Source: Kiritimatiellia bacterium
GTDB taxonomy: Bacteria > Verrucomicrobiota > Kiritimatiellia > RFP12 > UBA1067
Length of the DNA: 64,000 nt
Direction of reading: 5' to 3'
NCBI GenBank assembly: GCA_050949565.1
Contig: JBMNFY010000007.1
Location: 96,001 to 160,000, forward strand
Part shown: positions 36,301-49,011 of the stretch, in pieces
How the letters are laid out: every line of letters starts with the position of its first letter
Numbering within the stretch: position 1 is the first letter of the stretch
Translations under genes and position numbers: made by a program
The notes under the pieces: model-generated
What the model was told of the DNA's origin: nothing
Seen by the model: only the letters and a program-made list of their open reading frames with translations
The model's database searches: none

Positions 36301-39300
36301 GCCAGGCTCGGTGTGCCGCCGTCAAAGGCTACTTCATAACGCACGGACGCGCTCGCGTCATCCAACGCTTGCAGCAACACGCCGGAGTAGGTTTGCAGGC
36401 CGGCTTCGGTCGCGCACGGATATGTAACGGCCAGTTGCACGGTTCCACCGGGCATCGCCGATTGTGCGCTTGTCACGGTGCGCGTCAGGCTGGCGCCACC
36501 CGCGATCGCACGGGTGAGTTCCAGCCGCGCCACATCGAGCGTGGCACCGCCGGTCAGGTTGCTGACGGTGACCACGCACTGGTCGAAGTAGCGCAGGAGC
36601 GCATGACCGCCGGCCTCGGGATTGACCGCCAGCGCGAAACCGGTGTGGTAGACCGGAAGCTGACGCGCCGCACTCTCAGCACCTTCACTGTTGACGCCGC
36701 GCACTTCGTAGCGCGTCACGGCGTTGCCGGAAAGCCCGTAGTCGGTGTAGCTCGTGCCGGTCAGCGGCGTAGCGTTCAGCTTGACGCCGTTGCGGTAGAG
36801 GTTGATGCCGACATGCTCGGCGCGCGTCTGCCAGGTAATCCGCGGAATGCGGTCGAGGCCGACGATCACGTCGGTGCGCACCACGCCGGGCAGCGTCAGG
36901 TCGATCGATGCCTCGTTGGAGAGCGCTTCATTGCGGTTGATGTCCGCTGCGGCGACGCGGTAGATCCAGGTTCCCTTGGGCGGGTTGTCGAGGATGTAAC
37001 GCGTGCTGGCGGAGAGCCGGTCGCGCAGCAGGGTACCGTTGCGATAGACGCGGAAGTGGGCCGGTTGCTCACCGGATGTGGCATACTCCCACTCGACGCG
37101 CACACCGGAACTGGAGAGCGCGGCGGTGAGATTCTGCGGTGCCGGCGGCGGTGTACGGTCGGAGATACCCAGCGCGATGGGGCTGGGATCGGCCATGGCA
37201 CCGCGCCGCACCGAGCACACCACGTAGCGGAAGAAGCCGTCTTCCGGCGGCAGGTCTTCGTAGGTGGCGGCCGTGATGCCTGCGGCAAGCAGCGTGTCCG
37301 GCATCGTGCCGGTCATGCCCGCCTGCCGGTAGAGCGCATAGCTCTCGGCGGTGGGCACTGCAAGCCACGCCAGCTTGATGACGCCGTCCTTCTGGTCGGT
37401 CGAAGCGCGCAGGTCGGTAACTGACGGCGGCGGTTCTGGTGTGGCTGTGTTGTAAAGTTCAGCCTGGGCCGCGCCGCCGAGTTGCGTACCGGCGTTGCCG
37501 AGGATGTCGCTGACGGCGAGCGTGAAGGTGGCGATGCCGCTGCCCATGGAGGGCAACAGTTCGAGCGTCCCGCTCCAGTTCGTGCCGCCGCCTGTCAGCG
37601 TGACCGGCAGAGTCGCGCCCTCGGGCGGGGTGAAGCGCAGCAGCGGGGTGTCGGCCGGTGTCTCGTCCAGCATCAGCGAGATCTGCATCATGACAGGATT
37701 GGTGACCTGGATCAGCCCGGCGGGCACGGTGTTGAGCAGCCCGGCCGGTGCGCGGGTGTCGAGAATCACGACCGGCCCGGCGGGCGTCACGCCCGTCGCA
37801 CGGTTGCCGGCGAAGTCCGTGCCCGACACCTTGATCGCGAGCGGCCCCGAACCCGCTACGCTCTGTACGTTGTATACGCAGGTGTAGCGGTTGGGCGCGG
37901 TGTTGCTGACGGTCAGCATGGTGGGGCCGCTGGCCGCAGGCGGCTGCACCGTGACGATGGGCAGCCCCGACAGCGGTTCCGACGACTCGATTTCGATCTG
38001 CAGCGGACCTGTGCCGCACGGGCTCGGCTTGTTGAAGGCGTTGGTGAAGACGGGCGGCGTGCCGTCAAAGTCGTTGGTGATCACGTTCGAGATCAGCGAC
38101 ACATTATGCGCAGCGTCGCGCCCGATCACAGCGAAGTACCAGCGTCCGTCGGACGGCGGCGTGTGAACCAGCGGATTGGCGGTGGTCCAAGCGCCCTGCC
38201 ATGTCGCGCCGCTGGCAGCGGTGAACGGCGCTGCCGCCCGCAACAGGGCTACGCTGATCGGCTGCTCGCCCTCCGGCGCGAAGAACCAGTCAAACTGCAA
38301 CCCCGTGCCCGGCTTGTAGCTGGGTGCATCCAGCGTCACGGGTTCGGGAGCACCGGAGTCGCGTGTGACGCGGCGCTCGTTGGAACGACCGGAACCGAAG
38401 TCGTCGGTGATCCAGGCGGCGATGATGTTTTCACCCTCGGCCAGCGGGACGGTCGCGGAGAACGCGCCGTTCTGTGCGGCGGGAACCTGCTGCACGACTG
38501 CACCGTTGCGGCGCAGCGCCACGGTTGCGAACGGCTCCGCCGTGCCGCTGGCGATGACCGTGGCTTCGGTGGTCAGCAAGCCGTCTTGCGGCGCGGTCAG
38601 CACCGGATTCGGCGGCGGCTGGATATTGGCCGTCACGTTGAACGCGCGTGTGCCCAGGTTACCGCGGGTGTCGAGCGCTTCAAGCCGCACACGGTGCGTG
38701 CCGGGGGTGAGCGTCCGCACGTCCCAACGTGCGTTGAGGCTGGCGGCGTTGGTTTCGGCGACGACCGTTTCATCGACCAGTGCGCGCAGAGAGACAACGC
38801 CCAGTCCAGACGATGCGCTCGCAGTCAGGCGGAAGGGCCGCGTCAGAACTGCGCCTTCCGCGATGTTGCAGGCGGTGATTTGCGGACCGCCGGTGATGTA
38901 GGTGATCGGCAGTGCAACGGTGTCGCTGATCTGTCCCGCCGCGTTGCGGAAGCGGATGTAAAGGGTCTTGAGCCCGCCGCCTGCGGAGAGCGCCACGTTC
39001 TTGGGCGTGGTGAACGGATCGAAGAAACTGCCTGTAAAGGAGGAGTCTTCGCTGATCTGTACCGCTTCTGCTACGCGCGCGGCCAGTGCCAGTGTGATGT
39101 TCGCCACACCGACGGTGCGGTTGCCGTCATGCGCGTCGGCAGCCGGCGTCAGCACCGGTTCGTCGGTCAGCATCGGCTCGCACGCGACGGTGCCCACATG
39201 GTTGGACCGCACAGTGGCCAAATCGGCCGCGCCCCACCAGACGTTGGTGGCGGTCATTTGCGAGCCTGCAACCGCCAACGCGTTGGTCTGGTTGTTGCGT

Positions 39301-42300
39301 ACGATCGAGCGCGAGACTTCCAGCGTGGCATCGGCTTCAGCGAGTAGAGCCACTGCGTTGTAGAGCAGCAGTGCGTCGGATGTGCGCAGCGTGGCTCCCG
39401 CGCGGGCGCGCAACGCCGCCGGTGCGTTGTACTGTGCCGAGCAGGCGTCGATGGTCGGGGCGCAGCCTTCAACCGTCAAGCCGCTGCCGTATTCGATCCA
39501 GACGTGCCGCAGCAGTGACGCGCCGGCGCCCGCGCCGAGCGTGATGCCGGACCAGTCGCCGGCCTGGAGCACGCGGCCATCAGGATTGGCCGCCGTGAAG
39601 CGGATGGGTGCGAGCGCCGTGCCGTTGGCGACCAATGCACCGTTCTCGACCACGATGCCCGCCCCTTGGCGGAACGACAGCGTGGTGCCCGCCGGGATAG
39701 TCAGGGTGGCGCCGTTGCGTACTGTCAACGTGCCCAAGATCTCAGTGGTGCTGCCGGGTGTGCCCAGCGTGAGGTTCTGCGTGATCTCGCCCTGATACGG
39801 ATCGCGCCAGGCGCGTGCGGTGACCTCCGGAACAAATTCGCCGCGCGTGTTGTAGCCGACGACAGCGAACCAGTGCGTTACCGATCGATCCAACCCGCTC
39901 GCCGTATAGGTGCGGGTGACTTTGCTCAGCGTCGTAATCGGGGTCATCCCGGCGACACTGTCAAAGGGCGCGGTGGCACTGTAGACACGGAAGCCCGCGA
40001 AGCCGAAGGAGTTGCCGGCATAACCATTCCAATTCAGCAATGCGGTGTCGGCACCCGGCGCGGTGACGGTCAGCGTCACGGGAGGCGGCACGGCACTCGG
40101 CAGACGGATGATGATGGGGGCGACGATCGTCTCGGTGTTGCCTGCGCGATCAGTCGGCACTACCGCCACCCAATAGTTGGTGTCGAGCGCCATGGAGGAA
40201 ACCGTGTAGGTGCGCGCGCTCTTACCGATGAAGGTGCGCGGGGAGACGTCGGCCAGATTGGTGAATGCGGCCGTGCTGACGTAAATGCGGAAACCGTTCA
40301 GATCTTCCGGCGCGGCGTAGTCCTGCCAGCCCACGGTGCAGGAGGTTTCATTCGAGGCCGTCACACGCAGCGTTGGGAGTGCGGGCGGCGTGGCGTCGAC
40401 TGTGAAGATCCAAGCGTTGGTCGGCATCATGATCGATCCGAACGGATCGCGTGCTGCTGCGGCCACCAACGCGTAGGTGCCGTCCTCGCCGCGCGCGAAC
40501 GAGGCGGGCGGGCAACGGTAACTGTCGGTCGTCGTGTTGATGCGTTGCCAGACTCCGCCTGCCAGCGGCAGGGTGCGGATGACCGTGCCGTTGAAGTTGG
40601 AGAAGGTGACCGTCGGCACAACCGTCGGGTCCATCGTGCGGTCAAAGACCAGCGTGGCCACGAGATTCGTGGTGATGGGCACCGGTGTGTCCAGCGTGCG
40701 CCGCACGTCGATGACGCGCGGGTTCAGCGCATACGTGGCATATTCGGCGCGCACGGTTGCGCTCACGGGATCGGCGCGGGTCAGCGTCCAGTTCCAGACG
40801 TTGGTGGCGGCGGCATAACTGCCGTCGCGCGTGTAGCGCTGGAACAGGTAGCGGTTCTCGCCCGAGACGATCATGTGGGGCGCTACAAACTGCGCGGTCT
40901 CGCCGTTCTTCCAAGAACCGGCACCGCTGACGGCGGCGAGCCCCGGCGGAACGGTTTCGGTCGTGATGGCGTGATTGCTGTTGACCTCGGAGAAAATCGC
41001 TACCAGTGCACGATTGTCGGTAACCGCGAACGCATAGCTGGGCGAGGTGGAAACGACCGCATAGGTGGACTGGTCACGCCACTCCACAAAAGCGCACAGC
41101 CGGCCGCGGGCGTTGCGGTCAAGGTGTTGGTGATGCCGTAATTCCACCAACCGCCGCCGCTGACGCTACCGAAGCCCACCGGCGAGACGCTGGCGGAGAC
41201 CGTGAAGCGTTTCAGGTCAAAGACAGCGGTCAGCGTGCCGGTGTTTTGAGCCGTGAAGGTATAGGGGTTGGCATAGCTGACGGTCGAGCCGTTGAACAGC
41301 CAGCGACCGAACACATAGCGCTCGGTATCTGTCACCGTGGCGGTTGCCGTGAACGACGCGCCGCGGCGCAGCGTCGCGCCGTCGGACACGGTGCCGACGC
41401 CAGTCGTGGGCGAGGCGGCGGTGGTGATCGTGACATACACCACCTCGGCGACCGTGACCTGCGCGGTGGCCCACTCGGACCAGAGTCCTTCGGAGTCTTG
41501 CACGCGCAACCCGATGGTCTTGACGCCGGGCGTGTCGAAGGTCCACTGCGCGTCGGGCGTGGTGGAACTGACATCCGCGATCGTGTCGCCGTTGAAGTCC
41601 CATGCGTACACCGCGATGGTCTGTCCCGGATCGGGATCGGAGGAGGCAGCGCCCGAGAAGCTGATCGGTGCGTCCTCTTCACCGGCGTAAGGACCGCCGG
41701 GCACGGCCGCCGGCTGCCGGTTCGCCACGATCACCACGCTTGCCTCCGCCCATTCCGAAGTCAGGCTCACGCCGTTGTTGAAGAGCCCGTCGTCGAGTAC
41801 ACGCAGGCGGATGGTGTAGGTTCCGGGAGTGTCCCACGACCATGTGGCCGTGGGGGAGGCCGTGCTGACGTCCGGGGTGCCATCCAGCGTGAAGTCCCAC
41901 TGGTAGAGGGTGATGCCGGCGTGCATGTCGGGCTGGTTGTCGAGATCGTAGGAGCCGCTGCCGTCAACCGTCACGGCAAGATTCGTCAGTCCCAGATACG
42001 GCCCGCCCGGCACGGCGAATGGCGCGAACGGGGAGTCGCCGAACTGGATGACGACCGAGGCCGTGGCCTGTTTGGGTGTCGGAGCGTCGTCCGTGACACG
42101 CAAGGTGACCGTGATGTTGGTAGCCGGGTCAGAGACACCGGATGTGGGATCGGGCAGGGTGAAGACCGCATTCGTGTCTGCCGGATCGGATGTGACCAAG
42201 TCGTAGGTGCCGTCGCCGTCGAAGTCCCATTCATAGCGCACGATGTTACGCGACGGGTCGGCGTGGTGCGAGAGATCGGCGCTGAGGGTCAGCGGCAGCC

Positions 42301-45022
42301 CATAGGACCAGTAGCGCGGCGCGGTGATCACGGGCTGCGGCAGCAGGGCGACCGGTGCGCCGGAGAGCATGTCCACGACGAGGGCGGTGGAGAGCGCATG
42401 ATAGAGGTGGCCTGATGTGCCAGGGCTACAGTAGCCGTCCCACCGTCCATTGGAGTTTTGTTCGGTCAACAGCTTCTGGCGGAGGCCGACCGCAGGGTCG
42501 TCAAACCAATCGCGTCCGGAGTGCCACAGCGCCGTGACCGGCTGCGGCGTCGCTTCGCGCAGAACAGCACTCAGACCCCAGAGCATCATGTAGGATTTGT
42601 CGTTGTTGCTGAGCGGCCAGGGCTGGTCGTCGAGCCAACGCTCGGCATTGCGCCAGAAGGGCTGCGTGCGGTCAAAGCCGTGGAGTCGGGCGAAGTGCAG
42701 ACCACCGACCGTCGCGGACCAGAGATCGGAGCCGCCCTGCGGATAGGGGGTCGTATTGCCGAATGATCCGTCGGGACGCACCTGCCGGTTGAGCCAGCTC
42801 AGGTTCGCGGCCTTGAGGCTGTCCGGTATCATCACGCCCAATTCGCGTTGCGCCGAACGCAGCGCAAGGGCGACATGCATGCCGGCCGCCGTGTCGCCGC
42901 GGTAGGAATCCAAACGGCTCCAGGAGCCGTAGTAGGTGTCGTCTGTGCGCTGGCGCGCGACCAGCGTGTCGGCCAGATCGGCCGCGAGGTCGGCGAAGTG
43001 CCGGTGCTTGACGCCGTCCGCGCCCGTGCCTGCCATTGCGAAGTGGCGTTGTGCGCGGGACAACGTGTCGAGAATGCGCGACACCGTGACATCCGGGTAG
43101 TCGCCGTTGGGTGTCGTGAGCCCGATGCCGTTGTTGTTGCTGTCGGCAGAACCAGAAATGGCGACCGTGGCGAGTTTGTTGAAGAGCCAGTCGTAGCCGA
43201 GGCGCACGGTCTCAACATACGGGTTGTCCGCCGCATTCCCGTCCAGCCGGTGTCCGTTCTTTTGGAAAGCGTTGATGCAGGCACCGACCGTTTCGATGCC
43301 GTTCCAGCCGCCGTACATGCTGTTCCACTGGCCTGTACTCTTGTTCTGGTCTTTGTGCAACCACCAGAGTGCCAGATCGATCGCCAGATCGGTACGGGTC
43401 ACGGGCGTGTCTTCCACGAGGACGATCGGATAGGTAGCTTCACCGACGTTGTTCGCGGCGTCCCATACCCGTAACGTGGCGGTGAAAGTCTGGCCCGGCG
43501 TGCCGGTGTAGGTGTACGTGGACTCGATCTTGTTGCGGTCGCCCACGTTAGCGACATTGTTGCTGGTGCCGTCGCCGTAGATCCATTGGTAGCGCAGGGT
43601 GCCGCTGTCGCGCGCGACGCCCTTGAGCAGATGCGGCACACCCGAAATGACGGGATGGGGGGCTGAGGGATCACCCTGATAGAAGGGCGTTATGACCTGC
43701 GGTGCGCGGTCGGCCTCGACCGTGACGGTCACGCTGTTGGTGTCCGCCTGTCCGGCGCCGTCCACGACGACCAGACGCACGGTATAGGTGCCGGCATTGG
43801 TGTATGTGTAGGATGGACTGACGCCGACCGCATCGATGTCGTTGGCCGGATCGCCGTCGGAGTCGGAATCCGTCGCGGTATCCATGTCCCAGAAGTAGGA
43901 GACGATGCCCTGCTGCACGCCGGGTGCGGCGTTGTCGGAGGAGTGTACAGCGTTGAAGTAGACTGGAGGTCCGCCCGCGCCGCCGATGGTCGGGGTGCCG
44001 GGGTCAGCAGTCGGGGGCGTGGAAGCTGCCACGATGACCGGCAGGGTTGCGGCGGCGGATTCGCGGCCGGCGGCGTCGGTCACCACAAGCGTCGCGGTAT
44101 AGGTGCCGGCGGAGCGATAGCGGTGCAGCGGCGTCGCGCCCTCGCCGGTTGTGCCGTCGCCGAAGTCCCAGCGGAAGGTCAGCGAGCGCGACATCGCCGG
44201 TCGAGGCGTTGCCATTGAAACGCACCGTCCATCCGGTCTCAGCCGTAAGCTGGCTCGCATCGGGGACATCGGTGCTGATCACCGCCGTCGGGGTGCTTCC
44301 GGGTGCCGTGAGCGTGACCGGGCAGACCGTGACATGCGTATGCGCCGCCGCCTTGGTTGGTTGGCCGTGTTGCCGATGAAGACGCAGTTATGGCACGTGG
44401 AATACATTGCGCCGCCGCCCTCTGCCATTGCACGGTTGTTCAGAATCCGGCAATCGATCACGCGCCCCTCGTGAACGCCCCCGCCGGAGTATGCGGCGTT
44501 GCCGGCCACCACGCAGTTCGAGAGGGTGACATCCCAGTACCCCAGGTACGCGCCGCCGCCCGAGCTGTCCGTCGCCCAAGCGTCTGCGGCGGTGAAGCCG
44601 TTGGTCAGGGTGAACCCCGCGATCAGCGTGCCATCGAAGGTCGCATGTACGCAACGGATGGCGTCAGCACCCAAGTCGTCCGCGTTTGGATCGGGGGCGC
44701 CGACGATAAACGTTTGGTCGGGGCCTGCGGCCGCGAGCAACGTGAGCGCCTTGTCAATATACACGCGGTTGTTTAGCGTGTCGTCGCCAGATTCGGCCGG
44801 ACGCCCGCCTTCGGCATAAAAGCCCGGTGCGGCCAGCACCACATCCCCCGGCTCAGCGGCGTCGACGGCCGCTTGCAGCGTTCGCTTGGCGGTGGCGGCG
44901 GTCAAGCCGTCGTTGGCATCGGAACCGCTGACCGCATCCACATAGTTCGTTGTGGCGCCGGTTGACAGGGCGAGAAAGAAACTCAGGCAACCGCTGAGCA
45001 AGAGGGAGGATTTGATTTCCAT
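33369..45022 (-). pseudogene. Giant surface protein, frameshifted (beta-helix, PKD, alpha/alpha-barrel, FN3, Ig, C-terminal Hint); roughly 3900 aa if joined
   Basis: ORFs 44279-45034, 44004-44282, 41000-44269 and 33369-41150 continue the same domain text across frame changes near 44355, 44335, 44185 and 41095; WDFGDG PKD repeats; CFAAGTPV...TTAEH Hint. Confidence 0.8.
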
Positions 45023-45144
45023 GGCATCTCCCAAGACGTTAGGGCAGGAAGCTTCAATACACGGAGGGACATAACGGGATGCCGCTACGTGCCCAAACCA
45101 AGGTTGTTGTCTGCGAGTATAGTGTACCGCTCCAACGGATGCAA

Positions 45145-45650
45145 GGGCCTCTGCGGCAGGGCGACGGTCATGGCGCCGAACTCCAGCTTATAGCTTTTCA
45201 CCCCGTCCCCCGTCTCCCTCGTGACGATCTCGATGTGCTTCATGGGGCAGGATGCCGCCAGTTCTTCGGCCAGCGCGGTCCGCCGGCCGTGGAGCAGGTT
45301 GCGGTTGCCCACGAGGCGCACGATGTAGTCCAGTTTGCGCCGGTCCAGGCCGTCGAACAGCCAGTCTCCGTCGCCTCCGCGGTCGATGACGTAGATGCCG
45401 CGCTTCTTCGCGCGGGAGCTGATCTGGTCGATGACGCCGAGCACCTCGTCGTTCTGGCTGATGAAGCCCTCCGCCTCGCTCGACCACAGCCGCATGTGCA
45501 ACGGCGTGATCCGGCGGCCGCCGCTCTCGCAGGCGACCGCCAGGCAGGCGCTGTATCCGTTGCCGATCTCCCCCGTGCTCCCGTCCCGGACGCGGGCGAG
45601 ATATTCCATCTTCTTCGCGTACAGCTTACGGATGTCGGTCGGGTCGATGA
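45145..45650 (-). mobile_element. Internal fragment of the IS4-like element
   Basis: Appears identical by eye to ~15186-15691; no IRs. Confidence 0.9.
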
Positions 45651-45745
45651 GGAACCGGTTGTTTTTGGGTTAAGATTCGGTTAAGGTTCGGTTTTTGAGG
45701 TTGAGTGCTCGGATTAGTTGGGTCGGCAGGATCATTTCTGGAGAC

Positions 45746-45777
45746 AAAAAAGGCCAGCGTTGCCGCTGGCCTTTTTT
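45746..45777. terminator. Bidirectional intrinsic terminator downstream of tsf
   Basis: AAAAAAGGCCAGCG-TTGC-CGCTGGCCTTTTTT. Confidence 0.85.
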
Positions 45778-45805
45778 ACGATTGTCCTGTCGGAAGCGTC
45801 GGGTT

Positions 45806-46663
45806 TTACGCCGCGCCGAGCTGGAAGCGCACGAAGCGCGTGATGGTGATCGCGTCGCCGGTGGCCTTTTCGCATGCCTTCACGATATCCGTGATGGACT
45901 GCTTGGGCTCTTTGACGAACGGCTGGTTGATCAGGCAGACCTCGGAGTAGAACTTGTTGACGATGCCTTTGAGGGCGTTCTCTACGATGTTCGCCGGCTT
46001 GCCCTTGAAACGGTCGCTGTTGCGCGCGATCTCTTTCTCGTTCTCGATCACATCGGCCGGAACTTCGGCGGAGAGCAAATAGCGCGGAGCCGCCGCCGCG
46101 ATCTGAAGGGCGAGGTCGTGAACCAGCTCTTTGAACGCATCAGTTTCCAGCGTTTCGGCTTTGCCGGCGGCCACTTCGACGAGTACGCCGACCTTGCCGC
46201 CCATGTGGATGTAGGACTCGATCATCGCATTATCCGCGCGGACATAGTGTGCCGCACGGCGGATCTTGACGTTCTCGCCGGTCTGCGAGACGATCGTCAT
46301 GAACGGATCTTTCAGCGTTGCGGCCAACTCTTCCGGGCAGGTCTTGCCGGTCTCGAGCACCGTCTTGGTCACCAATTCGGCAAAAGCCTTGAAGTTATCG
46401 GTCTTGGCGACGAAATCGGTCTCGGTATTGACCTCCGCCATCGCGAAAACCTTGCCGTCATCTGAGGCCAAAGCGCTGATGATGCCCTCCTTGGACTCTT
46501 TATCGGCGCGCTTGACCTGAATGGCCAGGCCCTTCTCGCGCAAGATCTTGACTGCGGCTTCCATGTCGCCGCCGGTCTCGGTCAGCGCTTTCTTGCAGTC
46601 CATCATGCCGGCATTGGTGAGCTGGCGCAGTTCATTGATAAGTGCAACAGTGACAGTAGCCAT
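45806..46663 (-). CDS. tsf: Translation elongation factor Ts
   Basis: LRQLTNAGMMDCKKAL, EVNTETDFVAK, LINQPFVK. Confidence 0.98.
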   Translation of the reverse strand: MATVTVALINELRQLTNAGMMDCKKALTETGGDMEAAVKILREKGLAIQVKRADKESKEGIISALASDDGKVFAMAEVNTETDFVAKTDNFKAFAELVTKTVLETGKTCPEELAATLKDPFMTIVSQTGENVKIRRAAHYVRADNAMIESYIHMGGKVGVLVEVAAGKAETLETDAFKELVHDLALQIAAAAPRYLLSAEVPADVIENEKEIARNSDRFKGKPANIVENALKGIVNKFYSEVCLINQPFVKEPKQSITDIVKACEKATGDAITITRFVRFQLGAA

Positions 46664-46737
46664 AAGTGTCTCCTCAATTAGAAAGGGTTAGTGTTGGTGG
46701 GGGGGGGCGGTCCGGCAACAGACTGCCCCGTCGTGAA

Positions 46738-47937
46738 TTATTCAGCCTCCGGAGTCGCGCTCTCGGCGGCGGCTTCAGCCTTTGGCTCGGCGGTTTTTGC
46801 GTCAGCCTTCTTCGTATCAGCCTTGGCAGCCGGCGCTTCGTCCTTCTTGGCGTCAGTTTCAGGCTTCGGCTCAGCGGCCTTGGCCTTTGTCTCAGCCTTA
46901 GCTTCCGGCGCGTCAGCCTTCTTCGCGGCGGCCTTGGTGTCTGGTTCGGCCTTCGCAACGGCCGGTGCTTCGGTCTTCTTGGCGGCAGTTTCAGTAGCAG
47001 CCTCAGCCGAGGTCTCAGGAGCGGCCTCGACTGCGGCGATCTTCGCATCGACCGCATCCTTCGCGGCCTTGGCAGCGCGCTTACGGGTTTCAGTCAGCTT
47101 GGCCTTGGCCTTGGCGGCACTTTCGGCATCGGCGGCATCCCGGCGTGCCTTGCGTGTCGCACGCTCCTGCGCGTCCTTGGCGGCCTGTTCAGCCTCGCGC
47201 TGACGTTGACGTTCGGTGGCAATCCGGCTGTACTCTTCGTTCGCCTCTTTGATGACCTTGCTGAGGCCGTCCACGATTGCCTTGACACCGCGCACGGCGT
47301 CATCGTTGGCAGGGATCACATAGTCAACGAGATCAGGGTCAGCGTTGGTATCGACCATCGCCACGATCGGGATGCCGAGACGGACCGCCTCCTTGACAGC
47401 GTTCTGCTCCCGGCAGATGTCAATGATAACGAGCGCACCGGGCTTGTTATCCATGTCCGCCACGCCGCTGAGGTTTTTCTGCAACTTGTCCAGTTCGCGG
47501 CGCAAGCTTGCCGCTTCTTTCTTATGGACGGAGAGCACGCCGTTGTTGTTGCGGGCCATCGCCTCAATCTGGCGCATACGGCGCACGCTGCGACGGATGG
47601 TCTGATTGTTAGTGAGGGTGCCGCCCAACCAGCGTTCGGTCACGTAGTACTGACCACACGCGGAGGCCGCTTCCTGCACAACCTCCTGCGCCTGCTTTTT
47701 GGTGGCTACGAAAAGCACCTTTTTGCCAGCCAGCACAGTGTCGCGCAGGAACGCGGCTGCCTCGTCGATCAGGGGGATCGTCAGGGTCAGGTCGATGATG
47801 TAGATCCCGTTGCGCTTATCAAAAATGTAGCGCTTCATCTTGGGATTCCAACGCTTGGTCTGGTGGCCGAAGTGTAGACCTGCATCCATCAGGTCTTTCA
47901 GGGTGAGCCCGGTGAGGCTCGACACTGGCATTTGCAT
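46738..47937 (-). CDS. rpsB: 30S ribosomal protein S2 with a long Ala/Lys/Glu-rich tail
   Basis: GLHFGHQTKRWNPKM, RWLGGTLTN, VDTNADPD, IPANDD. Confidence 0.98.
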   Translation of the reverse strand: MQMPVSSLTGLTLKDLMDAGLHFGHQTKRWNPKMKRYIFDKRNGIYIIDLTLTIPLIDEAAAFLRDTVLAGKKVLFVATKKQAQEVVQEAASACGQYYVTERWLGGTLTNNQTIRRSVRRMRQIEAMARNNNGVLSVHKKEAASLRRELDKLQKNLSGVADMDNKPGALVIIDICREQNAVKEAVRLGIPIVAMVDTNADPDLVDYVIPANDDAVRGVKAIVDGLSKVIKEANEEYSRIATERQRQREAEQAAKDAQERATRKARRDAADAESAAKAKAKLTETRKRAAKAAKDAVDAKIAAVEAAPETSAEAATETAAKKTEAPAVAKAEPDTKAAAKKADAPEAKAETKAKAAEPKPETDAKKDEAPAAKADTKKADAKTAEPKAEAAAESATPEAE

Positions 47938-47939
47938 GG

Positions 47940-48070
47940 TGTCGTTTCCTTGAACGTGTAGGACGGTCCATCACACCGTCCCCAGGGTTAATCCGCTTTG
48001 ACGCCCGGCGACACGCCGACACGCCTTCGCTTCCGCACGAAGGAGCCACTCGGCAGTTCGTGCTGATGTG
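47940..48070 (-). promoter_or_regulatory. Probable rpsB structured 5' leader
   Basis: Located upstream of rpsB; hairpin CCTTCG...CGAAGG; complementary CATCAGCAC/GTGTGATG ends. Fold not verified. Confidence 0.4.
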
Positions 48071-48125
48071 AAAAGGAACAGATTACCGCTTCACGGCGGC
48101 AAAAGCAAGGGCAAAGCCTGCAAAA

Positions 48126-48818
48126 TTACGCTCTCTTGGCGATGTCTGCACCGAGGCGATAGGCTTTATCACAATCCTCTGGGAACTGTGTCTGCCGAAC
48201 CGCATCCTTATGCGCCACATCAAAACGCCCCGCATGGAATTTTGCGTAGTCGCTGAACTGATAGGTGTCGCAAACGAACAGTGACTCCGGCTTCCCATCG
48301 CCGAACAGACGCGCAGCGGTTTCCGGGAGCAAGCGGAACCGCTCCGGATAGCCCATTTTTTGCGCCATCTCCTCCGGCACATTCATGGTGTAGACGAACG
48401 CTACCGGAAACCTTTTCTGGGCCATGCTAACGGAAAAGTCATCATAGCTCAGCGCCGGGAAAAACAGGCGTTCAATCAGATTCCGGCACATGCCGGATTC
48501 GCCACCGAAGTAAACCGGCGTGCCAATGATGAGCCCGTCTCCCTTGCAGACCTCCTCCAGAACCGGGGTCAAAGCATCGTTGAGAGCGCACATTCCGGTG
48601 CTGTCTCTATCTTTCCGTTTGCAGACAAAACAACTGCTGCAACCACTGAATGTAAGATCAGCCAGATGAATGAGCTTTGTTTCCGCACCGGCGTCGGCCG
48701 CGCCTTTCAAAGCACTTTCAAGAACCTTGGCGGTGTTCCAGTTCTTACGCGGGCTGCAGTTGATGGCATAGACTTTTTTATCGCCACGGCATGCTGCGGA
48801 TACATTGGGGGTGGTCAT
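48126..48818 (-). CDS. Flavodoxin-like iron-sulfur flavoprotein (NADPH-dependent FMN reductase family)
   Basis: INCSPRKNWNT, CSSCFVC...C, GTPVYFG. Confidence 0.88.
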   Translation of the reverse strand: MTTPNVSAACRGDKKVYAINCSPRKNWNTAKVLESALKGAADAGAETKLIHLADLTFSGCSSCFVCKRKDRDSTGMCALNDALTPVLEEVCKGDGLIIGTPVYFGGESGMCRNLIERLFFPALSYDDFSVSMAQKRFPVAFVYTMNVPEEMAQKMGYPERFRLLPETAARLFGDGKPESLFVCDTYQFSDYAKFHAGRFDVAHKDAVRQTQFPEDCDKAYRLGADIAKRA

Positions 48819-49011
48819 AGGTAGGTGATCTCCTTTTCGGGGGTGGTTTCGTGTTCGTGAAGGATGAAGGCGAGCATGCCGTCAGGGTTTCGGCATTCCG
48901 TCATGGTCGCATCAGGTCTCCCGAGGCTCCCTTAACTAGAGAACTGGGGCACTGTAACAGATGCGAGCATCACATTCAAGCACACACGCGAGAACGCGAC
49001 GCGTTTCCCTC

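Noticed and set aside
37482-41141. Long plus-strand ORFs (621 and 491 aa) and similar antisense ORFs throughout
   Set aside because: Shadow frames of GC-rich minus-strand genes, with no recognisable motifs
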